Part shown: positions 22,579 to 30,203 of the stretch, piece by piece | Layout: every line of letters starts with the position of its first letter | How positions within the stretch are numbered: position 1 is the first letter of the stretch | Assembly (NCBI GenBank): GCA_964350435.1 | Contig: CAYGJS010000003.1 | Coordinates: 39,168-103,167 of the forward strand | Reading direction: 5' to 3' | Source of the DNA: an uncultured Micavibrio sp. | GTDB taxonomy: Bacteria > Pseudomonadota > Alphaproteobacteria > Micavibrionales > Micavibrionaceae | Length of the DNA: 64,000 nt | Translations under genes and position numbers: made by a program | Notes under the pieces: model-generated | The model's database searches: none | What the model saw: the letters and a program-made list of their open reading frames with translations, nothing else | Told to the model about the DNA's origin: nothing

Positions 22579-23842
22579 TGTGACGATGCCGGCGCTTTCG
22601 CCGACGATGACGGAAGGGACTTTGGCGAAATGGCTGAAGGCCGAAGGGGATAGGGTTGAGGCCGGTGACGTGATTGCCGAAATTGAAACCGATAAGGCGA
22701 CGATGGAAGTCGAGGTCGTTGATGAAGGGGTTTTGGGCAAGGTTCTCGTGGCGGCTGGCACCGAAGGAGTGGCCGTGAATGCGGTGATTGCGGTTTTGCT
22801 GGAAGACGGCGAGAGTGCGGGTGATATAGGTGATGCGTCATTGCGAACCGCAGGTGAAGCAATCCAGCCCAAAAAGGAAAAAGAGGTTGAGGTTGGTAAT
22901 GGATTGCCGCGTCGCGAAAATGCTCCTCGCAATGACGATTTTGATAAAGGGGCGCGTATTTTTGCATCGCCTTTGGCGAAACGGATTGCGGCGGATAAGG
23001 GAGTTGATCTCTCAAGTCTTAAAGGCTCCGGGCCGCGTGGGCGGATTGTGAAGGCGGATGTTGAGAATGCGAACGCGGGGGGCATTTCTGCTCCTGCTCC
23101 TGCGGTGGTTTCCTCTAAGGCTTTGCCAGAGGGGGCAAAGACCAATATTTACGGCATGGCTTATGTTGAGAAGCCGATCAATAATATTCAGAAAATTACC
23201 GCGAAACGCTTGCTGGAATCCAAAACTACGGTGCCGCATTTTTATCTGACGGTTGAGTGCGATCTTGAAAATTTGCTCGCTGCGCGTTCGGATCTTAATG
23301 AAGCCGCAAATGGTGCGTTCAAGTTATCTGTGAATGATTTTATCATCAAGGCCTCGGCGATGGCGCTGAAAGCCTATCCAGCGGCAAATGTGAGCTGGCA
23401 GGACACATCGGTGTATCAATATTTGACATCCGATATTTCGGTAGCGGTGGCAACGCCAAACGGTTTGATCACCCCGATTATCCGCAGCGCAGAGGAAAAG
23501 GGATTGCGCCAGATTTCCGATGAAATGAAAGCCTTGGCGGGGCGGGCTCGTGAGGGCAAGCTTAAGCCTGAAGAATTTCAGGGGGGCGGTTTTTCTATCT
23601 CGAACCTTGGGATGTTCGGGGTGAAGGATTTTGCCGCGATTGTGAACCCGCCGCAGAGCTGCATTCTGGCTGTTGGGGCGGGCGAGAAAATGCCGCGCGT
23701 TGTGAACGGCGAGATTGTCATTCGTACGGTGATGAATGTTACGCTTTCTACGGATCACCGCACGGTTGATGGCGCGGTTGGCGCGGAGTGGCTGCAGTTC
23801 TTTAAACGGTATATTGAAAATCCAGTGAGTATGCTGGTTTAA
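22568..23842 (+). CDS. pdhC: pyruvate dehydrogenase E2 (dihydrolipoyllysine-residue acetyltransferase)
   Basis: 424 aa. Lipoyl domain, E3-binding domain (ASPLAKRIAADKGVDL), catalytic domain with the DHRTVDG motif. Confidence 0.95.
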   Translation: MPINVTMPALSPTMTEGTLAKWLKAEGDRVEAGDVIAEIETDKATMEVEVVDEGVLGKVLVAAGTEGVAVNAVIAVLLEDGESAGDIGDASLRTAGEAIQPKKEKEVEVGNGLPRRENAPRNDDFDKGARIFASPLAKRIAADKGVDLSSLKGSGPRGRIVKADVENANAGGISAPAPAVVSSKALPEGAKTNIYGMAYVEKPINNIQKITAKRLLESKTTVPHFYLTVECDLENLLAARSDLNEAANGAFKLSVNDFIIKASAMALKAYPAANVSWQDTSVYQYLTSDISVAVATPNGLITPIIRSAEEKGLRQISDEMKALAGRAREGKLKPEEFQGGGFSISNLGMFGVKDFAAIVNPPQSCILAVGAGEKMPRVVNGEIVIRTVMNVTLSTDHRTVDGAVGAEWLQFFKRYIENPVSMLV

Positions 23843-23844
23843 AA

Positions 23845-24296
23845 TTTTTAACACGAAGCGAATAAGATGCACGAAGCTGTTCAGCGTTTAGAAACACCTT
23901 CTTTTGATTTTGAGCCATTATCAAGAGAGATTGTTGATTGTGCTTTCCAAATTCACCAGACTATAGGGGCTGGTTTGTTAGAGGGTGTTTATGAAGATTG
24001 TTTTGAGATTGAGCTGAAAAAGCGCAATATCGCTTTTGAGCGTCAAAAAATAATTAAGGTGGAATATGCAGGCGTTTTTATTCCGACAACATACAGGTTG
24101 GATTTGGTTGTCGAGGGCAGAATTATTGTTGAGTTGAAAAGCGTTGAAAAAATTATACGGGCTCATCAGGCTCAAATTCTGACGTATATGAAAACTTCTG
24201 ATATTAAAATCGGGCTTATTATAAATTTTGGAGATCCATATTTTAAATCAGGCGTTAAACGCTTCGTGTTATAACTTCTTTGCTTCGTGTTAAAAA
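23845..24296 (+). mobile_element. putative inverted-repeat-bounded cassette carrying GxxExxY gene 2
   Basis: Perfect 15-bp terminal inverted repeat TTTTTAACACGAAGC (23845-23859) / GCTTCGTGTTAAAAA (24282-24296). A nested second pair is CACGAAGC (23870-23877) / GCTTCGTG (24261-24268). Confidence 0.45.
23867..24274 (+). CDS. GxxExxY family protein (PD-(D/E)XK nuclease-like fold), paralog 2
   Basis: 135 aa. GAGLLEGVYE and DLVVEGRIIVELK. By eye, about half of the aligned residues are identical to the 22126..22578 product. Confidence 0.85.
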   Translation: MHEAVQRLETPSFDFEPLSREIVDCAFQIHQTIGAGLLEGVYEDCFEIELKKRNIAFERQKIIKVEYAGVFIPTTYRLDLVVEGRIIVELKSVEKIIRAHQAQILTYMKTSDIKIGLIINFGDPYFKSGVKRFVL

Positions 24297-24310
24297 AAGG
24301 AATTGTTATT

Positions 24311-24853
24311 ATGATCAATCGAAGGCCAATCGTCGGTGTTATGGGTTCGCATGAACATGAGTGGGAAGATTTTGCTGATCCTGTTGGGGATTTGCTTGCG
24401 CGGCGCGGGTTTAATCTGCTGACCGGTGCGGGCGAGGGCGTGATGACCTGCGTGGCGCGTGCGTTTACCCAAGTAAAGAACCGTGAGGGTGTGGCGATCG
24501 GGATTTTGCCGGCGGTGGATTACAAGGGGCAGAATTTGAATGAAGCGGAGTATCCTAATCCTTATATCGAAATTCCGATGATTACGCCGCTGTCTATGAA
24601 AGCGCAGAGTGATATTATGCCGTTTTCCCGCAATTTAACGAATGTTATGACGAGTAAGGCCTTGATTATTTTACCGGGATCGCATGGGACGAAGAACGAG
24701 GTGTCGCTTGCTCTTATGTATGACAAGCCAATGATATTGTTTGGGCCGGAGCACGCGTTTGATAGTTTTCCAGAGGAGCCCCTGCGCGCTGAAGACATTA
24801 CGCATGTGGCGCAGTTTCTGGATGATGTTTTCGGGAAGGATGAAGATGAGTGA
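24311..24853 (+). CDS. TIGR00725/LOG-family (SLOG superfamily) Rossmann-fold nucleotide-binding protein
   Basis: IVGVMGS...LLTGAGEGVMTCVARAF...ILPGSHGTKNEVSLAL, matching the LOG-type GxGxxG...PGGxGTxxE pattern. ATG at 24311 with an AAGGA RBS. Confidence 0.7.
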   Translation: MINRRPIVGVMGSHEHEWEDFADPVGDLLARRGFNLLTGAGEGVMTCVARAFTQVKNREGVAIGILPAVDYKGQNLNEAEYPNPYIEIPMITPLSMKAQSDIMPFSRNLTNVMTSKALIILPGSHGTKNEVSLALMYDKPMILFGPEHAFDSFPEEPLRAEDITHVAQFLDDVFGKDEDE

Positions 24854-25442
24854 GGTGCCGCTGGAATTTAACGCTGTCGGCGCAGAGAAGAAGTATCAAA
24901 AGCTGATTTGGGCGGGGGCTTTGTTTGTTGTCCTTGGCGCAGCGATGATGTTTGCTACGTTTATGTATTTCCATGGACAAGGGGCGTATGAAGAGGATGC
25001 GCCGCAGACGATCTATCCGATGCTGCCGCTGTTGCTTATTTTTATTCCGTTGTATGGATTGCGGATTTTTGGACAAGGCTTTGCGGAGCTCAGGCTTTTC
25101 AAGCGCACGGAACTCCGCGGTCTTAAGCTTGATAAAGATATGATCTCCGGTCCGGTTTTGTTATTGGAAGGGGTTTACCGGGAGAGGCTTTTGCAAAAAA
25201 AGGCACCGATTTTTTATTTTGAATGGGATGATATTCATAATTTTATTCTTGAACCTGTAAGAGGGAGTAAGAGTTATGGCTCGCCGCCATATTATAAAAT
25301 TACATTCAAGGAGCGCAGTGAGAAGGCGGAGAGCAGCTGTTTCATTATGCGCGAGTGTTTTAAAGAGCACGAAGCGGAAATTGTTAAATTTGTGACCAAG
25401 CGTCTGGGTAAGGCGCATGTGGTCAATAATGACCCAGTTTAA
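24840..25442 (+). CDS. hypothetical 2-TM membrane protein with a soluble C-terminal domain
   Basis: Two hydrophobic helices (LIWAGALFVVLGAAMMFATFMYF; IYPMLPLLLIFIPLYGLRIFGQGF). The start (ATG 24840 or 24846) overlaps the stop of the upstream LOG-family gene. The long track ORF from 24741 is an upstream extension. Confidence 0.55.
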   Translation: MKMSEVPLEFNAVGAEKKYQKLIWAGALFVVLGAAMMFATFMYFHGQGAYEEDAPQTIYPMLPLLLIFIPLYGLRIFGQGFAELRLFKRTELRGLKLDKDMISGPVLLLEGVYRERLLQKKAPIFYFEWDDIHNFILEPVRGSKSYGSPPYYKITFKERSEKAESSCFIMRECFKEHEAEIVKFVTKRLGKAHVVNNDPV

Positions 25443-25463
25443 ATTCTAAAAAAGAGCGAGAGT

Positions 25464-26852
25464 ATGAGCGATAAAAATTTCGATGTGATTGTGATTGGCG
25501 GTGGACCCGGGGGGTATGTTGCGGCTATTCGTGCGGCGCAGCTTGGCATGAGGCCTTGTGTGATTGAGGCCAATCATTTGGGAGGGATTTGTTTGAACTG
25601 GGGATGCATCCCGACAAAGGCGCTTTTGCGGAGCAGTGAGGTGTATCACCTTGCACAGAACGCGGAAGCTTATGGTTTAAAAATCAGTGGTTTAGAGTTT
25701 GATCTTAAGAAAATAGTTGAAAGGTCACGCGGCGTCGCAAAACAGCTTTCCGGCGGGATCGGGCATTTGCTGAAGAAAAATAAAGTTACGGTTTTTGATG
25801 GGTTTGCGAAGCTTGAGGGCAAAGGCGTTGTGAGTGTTGACGGCAAGGAGAAACTGACGGGCAAGCATATCATTATCGCCACGGGTGCGCGGGCGCGGAT
25901 TTTGCCGGGCCTTGAGCCGGACGGCAAATTTGTCTGGAGTTATAAGGAGGCGATGGTTCCTGAAGCCATGCCGAAAAAGCTCTTGGTGATTGGATCGGGC
26001 GCGATCGGGATTGAGTTCGCTTCGTTTTATCGCACTATGGGCGCTGATGTGACCGTTGTGGAGATGATGGATCGGATTGTGCCTGTCGAGGATGCGGAGA
26101 TTTCGGGGTTGCTGGAGAAGGCCTTAACCAAACAAGGCATGAAGATTATAAAGAGCGCGAAAGTGACGAAGCTGGATAAGGGCAAGGATGAGGTCACGGC
26201 GCATATTGATATCAATGGAAAAATCGAGAAGCATAATTTTGATCGCGTAATTTCCGCTGTTGGGATTGTGGCCAATACTGAAGAACTGGGGCTTGAGAAC
26301 ACCAAGGTTAAGCTTGACCGCGGGCATATTGTCACTGATGGTTATATGCAAACCGATGAGCCTAATGTTTATGCGATTGGGGACGTGACGGGCGCGCCTT
26401 GGCTGGCGCATAAAGCCTCACATGAGGGGATTATCTGTATTGAAAAGATCGCGGGTCAAAAAGACGTACACCCCATGGTGAAAGAGAATATTCCCGGGTG
26501 TACTTATTGTCATCCGCAAGTTGCGAGCGTTGGTCTGACCGAGGCGGCGGCCAAGGAGCGGGGCTATAAAATTAAAGTCGGGCGCTTCCCGTTTATGGGC
26601 AATGGCAAAGCGATTGCTTTGGGCGAGCCTGAAGGGCTTGTGAAGACGATTTTTGATGAAAAAACCGGAGAGCTGCTCGGCGCGCATATGATTGGCGTGG
26701 AAGTGACGGAGCTCATTCAAGGGTTTGTGATCGGCAAAACCATGGAGGCGACCGAGGCGGAGTTCATGCATACTATTTTCCCGCATCCCACGCTTTCGGA
26801 GATGATGCATGAGAGCGTACTTGACGCGTATGGGAAAGTGATCCATTTCTAA
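25464..26852 (+). CDS. lpdA: dihydrolipoyl dehydrogenase (E3)
   Basis: 462 aa. FAD motif VIVIGGGPGGY, redox-active disulfide GGICLNWGCIPTK, and HPTLSE near the C-terminus. Confidence 0.96.
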   Translation: MSDKNFDVIVIGGGPGGYVAAIRAAQLGMRPCVIEANHLGGICLNWGCIPTKALLRSSEVYHLAQNAEAYGLKISGLEFDLKKIVERSRGVAKQLSGGIGHLLKKNKVTVFDGFAKLEGKGVVSVDGKEKLTGKHIIIATGARARILPGLEPDGKFVWSYKEAMVPEAMPKKLLVIGSGAIGIEFASFYRTMGADVTVVEMMDRIVPVEDAEISGLLEKALTKQGMKIIKSAKVTKLDKGKDEVTAHIDINGKIEKHNFDRVISAVGIVANTEELGLENTKVKLDRGHIVTDGYMQTDEPNVYAIGDVTGAPWLAHKASHEGIICIEKIAGQKDVHPMVKENIPGCTYCHPQVASVGLTEAAAKERGYKIKVGRFPFMGNGKAIALGEPEGLVKTIFDEKTGELLGAHMIGVEVTELIQGFVIGKTMEATEAEFMHTIFPHPTLSEMMHESVLDAYGKVIHF

Positions 26853-26855
26853 GTC

Positions 26856-27821
26856 ATGACCTATAACCCTGAACTTCTTGATAAAGCCAAGCGGCACCCT
26901 GAAAAGCAGAAAAATCCGGATCGGCCTGCGGGGCGAAAGCCTGAGTGGATTCGCGTGCCCGCGCCGCAGGGGCAGAAGTATCAGGAAACTTACGACATAG
27001 TGAAGAAGCACAAGCTGACCACTGTTTGTGAAGAGGCGGGGTGTCCGAATATCGGTGAGTGCTGGCAGCAGAAGCATGCGACATTCATGATTATGGGCGA
27101 GGTCTGTACACGGGCGTGCGCTTTTTGCAATGTGGCCACAGGCAAGCCAGAGGCGCTGGATAAGCTTGAGCCTTTGCGTGTGGGCGTGGCTGTGAAGCAA
27201 ATGGGTTTGAAGCATGTGGTGGTGACATCTGTTGATCGAGATGATCTGGCCGATGGCGGCGCGGATCACTTTGCCAAGACAATTCAGGGTATTCGTATGA
27301 AGGCGCCCGAAACGACGATCGAGATATTGCCGGGGGATTTTCGTGGCAATAAGGCGGATTGGGATACCGTGATATTGGCGCGTCCCGACGTGTTCAATCA
27401 TAATCTTGAGACGGTGCCGCGGCTCTATCCGACTATTCGCCCCGGGGCGCGGTACTTTCGTTCACTCCGTTTGCTGGAGCGGGTCAAGGAGCTTGATCCT
27501 TCAATGTTTACGAAATCCGGCCTTATGGTGGGATTGGGGGAAACAAAAGAAGAGGTGGGCCAAGTGATGGATGATATGCGCGCGGCGGGGATTGATTTTA
27601 TTACGATCGGTCAATATCTGCAGCCGACGCCGAAGCATGCGCCGGTCATGAAATGGTGGACACCTCAGGAGTTTGAAGAACTTGCCAAGATGGCGAAGCG
27701 TAAGGGGTTTTTGATGGTGTCTGCTACGCCGCTGACGCGCTCTTCGCATCATGCGGGGGATGATTTTGCGCAGCTTAAAGCGGCGCGCGATGCGCAGCTT
27801 GCCAAGCTGGCGGCTGAATAA
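26856..27821 (+). CDS. lipA: lipoyl synthase
   Basis: 321 aa. [12 protein letters not shown] and radical-SAM CTRACAFC cysteine clusters. Confidence 0.97.
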   Translation: MTYNPELLDKAKRHPEKQKNPDRPAGRKPEWIRVPAPQGQKYQETYDIVKKHKLTTVCEEAGCPNIGECWQQKHATFMIMGEVCTRACAFCNVATGKPEALDKLEPLRVGVAVKQMGLKHVVVTSVDRDDLADGGADHFAKTIQGIRMKAPETTIEILPGDFRGNKADWDTVILARPDVFNHNLETVPRLYPTIRPGARYFRSLRLLERVKELDPSMFTKSGLMVGLGETKEEVGQVMDDMRAAGIDFITIGQYLQPTPKHAPVMKWWTPQEFEELAKMAKRKGFLMVSATPLTRSSHHAGDDFAQLKAARDAQLAKLAAE

Positions 27822-28276
27822 TGCTGAGGCATATCGAGCAAAAGAGGCTGCCGTATAGCCCGCAGCAGATGTATGATCTGGTGGTTGTGGTTGATCAATA
27901 CAGCGATTTTTTGCCTTGGTGCGTTGCGAGCCGCATAACCAAACGTGAAAGCGCGGCGGTTTTTTATGCGGATCTGGTGGTGGGGTATAAAATGTTTCGC
28001 GAGCGGTTTTCATCCAAGGTCATGGTGGAAGAGGGGCGCAGCATTCATATCGAATATTTGAAGGGACCCTTGAAGCATTTGAAGAACCATTGGCGGTTCA
28101 GTGAAGCGGAAAACGGTTCATGTACAATAGACTTCAGTGTAGAATTTGAATTTAAAAACATAGCTTTACAGGGCTTAGCTCAAGTATTTTTTAAGGAGGT
28201 CATCCATAGAATGGTGGCGGCGTTTGAACAGCGGGCGATTGAGGTGTATGGTGAAACGTCTTTGCGAGGCGCGTAG
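27821..28276 (+). CDS. SRPBCC family protein (COQ10/RatA-like polyketide cyclase/START fold)
   Basis: 151 aa. Conserved position directly after lipA. START-like pattern (YSPQQMYDLVVVVDQYSDFLPWC). Confidence 0.75.
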   Translation: MLRHIEQKRLPYSPQQMYDLVVVVDQYSDFLPWCVASRITKRESAAVFYADLVVGYKMFRERFSSKVMVEEGRSIHIEYLKGPLKHLKNHWRFSEAENGSCTIDFSVEFEFKNIALQGLAQVFFKEVIHRMVAAFEQRAIEVYGETSLRGA

Positions 28277-28288
28277 TAACGAGGCAAT

Positions 28289-29242
28289 CTATTTGACGGA
28301 CTGGATTGCTTCGCGTTCGCTCGCAATGACAGGCTTTTGGGTTTCGCCGTTATAGCCTTGGTATCTGAATGATTTTTTGATTTTTTCGCCTTGCAGAGTC
28401 TGGAATTCGGTTTCAATAGAGCGGTCGAGGCGGATTTTGTCCAGACCCGAGAGATGAACGATGCCGAGCGGTTCATGCGGCAGGAAGATTTCGACAAAAC
28501 GTTTGTTTGCGCTATCCCAATAGGGCGTGAATTCGCACAGCCACTGCGTCCACGCGGGTAGAATTTCGACCGGATAATTTTCCAGATAGGTCAAAATGCC
28601 CAGGGTCAGTTGTTCGGCGGTGAAGACTTTGCCGCGTTTTATGGCTTCGATGACAAGGGTTTGCCATCGTTCCCAATGCGGCGCATCGCCGCTCAGGGCA
28701 AAGGCCCCCGCGTTCAGGACTTGGAAGGGCAGAAGCTCTTTTGCGGTTTTGGTGCCGAAAGCGCTAAGCGCATTAGAGTAGTAAAACCCGCGGATTTTAA
28801 GCGGCAGGGCGCCCAGCCATTTGACGCGGATTTGTTTTTTATAGCAGCGGTCGGCTTGCACTGTTATGGCAAGTTTGCCGCGATTTGCGCCTTCGAGGTA
28901 CAGGTCAATGGCGCGCCAATCTTGCAGCCATGTGTCGGCGTCCATCCAGATATAGGTTTTATAACCCGGGAAGATTATCGGAATGAAAGGGCGGCAAACG
29001 CAGGCTTTGAGGTATTCGCCTTTGAGTTTATGGAGGGCGATTTTGTCCGGCCAGTCGGGATTGACGATATGATCGACGAGTGGTTTTAAGGTTTCGATTT
29101 GCTCAGGTTTGAGGCCTGCATCAAGGATACAGATATCGAAGTCTTGGGATTGGGTGAAGCTGCGGATGGAATGCAGCCATTCCAGAAGGATCGGGAAATA
29201 ATTGCTGTCGCAGCCGGAAACGAAGGTTTTGCTGTTGGTCAT
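28289..29242 (-). CDS. putative nucleotide-diphospho-sugar (GT8-like) glycosyltransferase
   Basis: The ATG at 29242 (MTNSKTFVSGCDSNY) overlaps the cinA stop as ATGA. DxD-like WMDADT and LNAGAFAL motifs. The family assignment is tentative. Confidence 0.45.
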   Translation of the reverse strand: MTNSKTFVSGCDSNYFPILLEWLHSIRSFTQSQDFDICILDAGLKPEQIETLKPLVDHIVNPDWPDKIALHKLKGEYLKACVCRPFIPIIFPGYKTYIWMDADTWLQDWRAIDLYLEGANRGKLAITVQADRCYKKQIRVKWLGALPLKIRGFYYSNALSAFGTKTAKELLPFQVLNAGAFALSGDAPHWERWQTLVIEAIKRGKVFTAEQLTLGILTYLENYPVEILPAWTQWLCEFTPYWDSANKRFVEIFLPHEPLGIVHLSGLDKIRLDRSIETEFQTLQGEKIKKSFRYQGYNGETQKPVIASEREAIQSVK

Positions 29243-29712
29243 GATAGTATCTCGATCAGGGTTTTCAGGGCAAATTCGGCAGCGGCGTTTTGGATGTCTT
29301 CGCGGGTGCCGTCGAAGGTGCATTTGCGGGTCATGGGTTCTTTTTCGGTTATGGCAAAGCCGAAATAGACGAGGCCGACGGGCTTTTCTGCGCTGCCGCC
29401 GTCCGGGCCTGCTATGCCCGTGACGGATATGGCGATGTTGGCGCGGCTGTTTTTGAGTGCGCCTTTGGCCATTTCACGGGCGGTTTGCTGGCTTACTGCG
29501 CCGTGGGTTTTGAGGGTTTCTTTTGATACGCCAAGGTTTTCGATTTTGGCGTCGTTGGAATATGTCACGTAGCCGCGTTCAAAGATTGCGGAGGAGCCTG
29601 CGCGTCGCGTGAGCATGCTGGCGATCAGGCCGCCCGTGCAGGATTCGGCGGTGACCAGCTTCAGGTTTTTTGACTTTAGAAGTGTTGAAAGCGGCTTAAC
29701 TAAATCCGACAT
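29239..29712 (-). CDS. CinA-family nicotinamide-nucleotide amidohydrolase (PncC-like)
   Basis: 157 aa. TAESCTGGLIA and GIAGPDGG motifs. Confidence 0.85.
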   Translation of the reverse strand: MSDLVKPLSTLLKSKNLKLVTAESCTGGLIASMLTRRAGSSAIFERGYVTYSNDAKIENLGVSKETLKTHGAVSQQTAREMAKGALKNSRANIAISVTGIAGPDGGSAEKPVGLVYFGFAITEKEPMTRKCTFDGTREDIQNAAAEFALKTLIEILS

Positions 29713-30196
29713 AGATTACTCCCGTGAGAATGAGGGCGGCGGCAATCCCCGCCAGGATATCATCGAACATGACGCCGAATGCGCCTTTAAAGTTTTCGTC
29801 GCAATAGGCGATCGGGCCGGGCTTGAGGATATCGAAAAAGCGAAAGAGTGCAAAGGCGGCGGCGACCCAGAGAAATCCTGCGGAGGTGAGGGCGAAGACT
29901 GGCACGAGGGCGATCCATTGTCCTGCTACTTCGTCTATGACGACCATTTTTGAATCGTGAATGCCGGTGGATTTTTCAAACTCATAGGCCGCCCAGAGGC
30001 CGATTACCGTTATTGCGATGATCGAGAGGATGAAACCATCCATCCCGAGAAATTTGAACAGAATTATGGCGAAGGGCAGCGCGCCAAAGCTTCCCCATGT
30101 GCCGGGTGCGGGTTTTAGGAAGCCGCAGCCGAACCATGTTGCGAGCAGGGTTGAGGGGCTAAAGGGTTTGAGGTTTGGCGGGAATTCAAAGTTCAT
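29696..30196 (-). CDS. pgpA: phosphatidylglycerophosphatase A
   Basis: 166 aa membrane protein. GFLKPAPGTWGS and DILKP motifs. Confidence 0.85.
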   Translation of the reverse strand: MNFEFPPNLKPFSPSTLLATWFGCGFLKPAPGTWGSFGALPFAIILFKFLGMDGFILSIIAITVIGLWAAYEFEKSTGIHDSKMVVIDEVAGQWIALVPVFALTSAGFLWVAAAFALFRFFDILKPGPIAYCDENFKGAFGVMFDDILAGIAAALILTGVIYVGFS

Positions 30197-30203
30197 AAAT
30201 TTC

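Noticed and set aside
24741-24839. Upstream extensions of track ORFs that overlap the preceding gene: 24741.., 41745.., 52145.., 61147.., 38449.., 49931.., 2564.., 7839.
   Set aside because: Each extension overlaps a well-supported neighbour. A downstream ATG, GTG or TTG sits at the expected family N-terminus, often with an RBS or a stop/start overlap. The extensions are ORF-caller artifacts.
27821-28276. SRPBCC protein of the kind often annotated as 'type II toxin-antitoxin system RatA family toxin'.
   Set aside because: No antitoxin-sized partner gene is present. The position directly after lipA is the conserved housekeeping (COQ10-like) context. I did not treat it as a toxin-antitoxin system.
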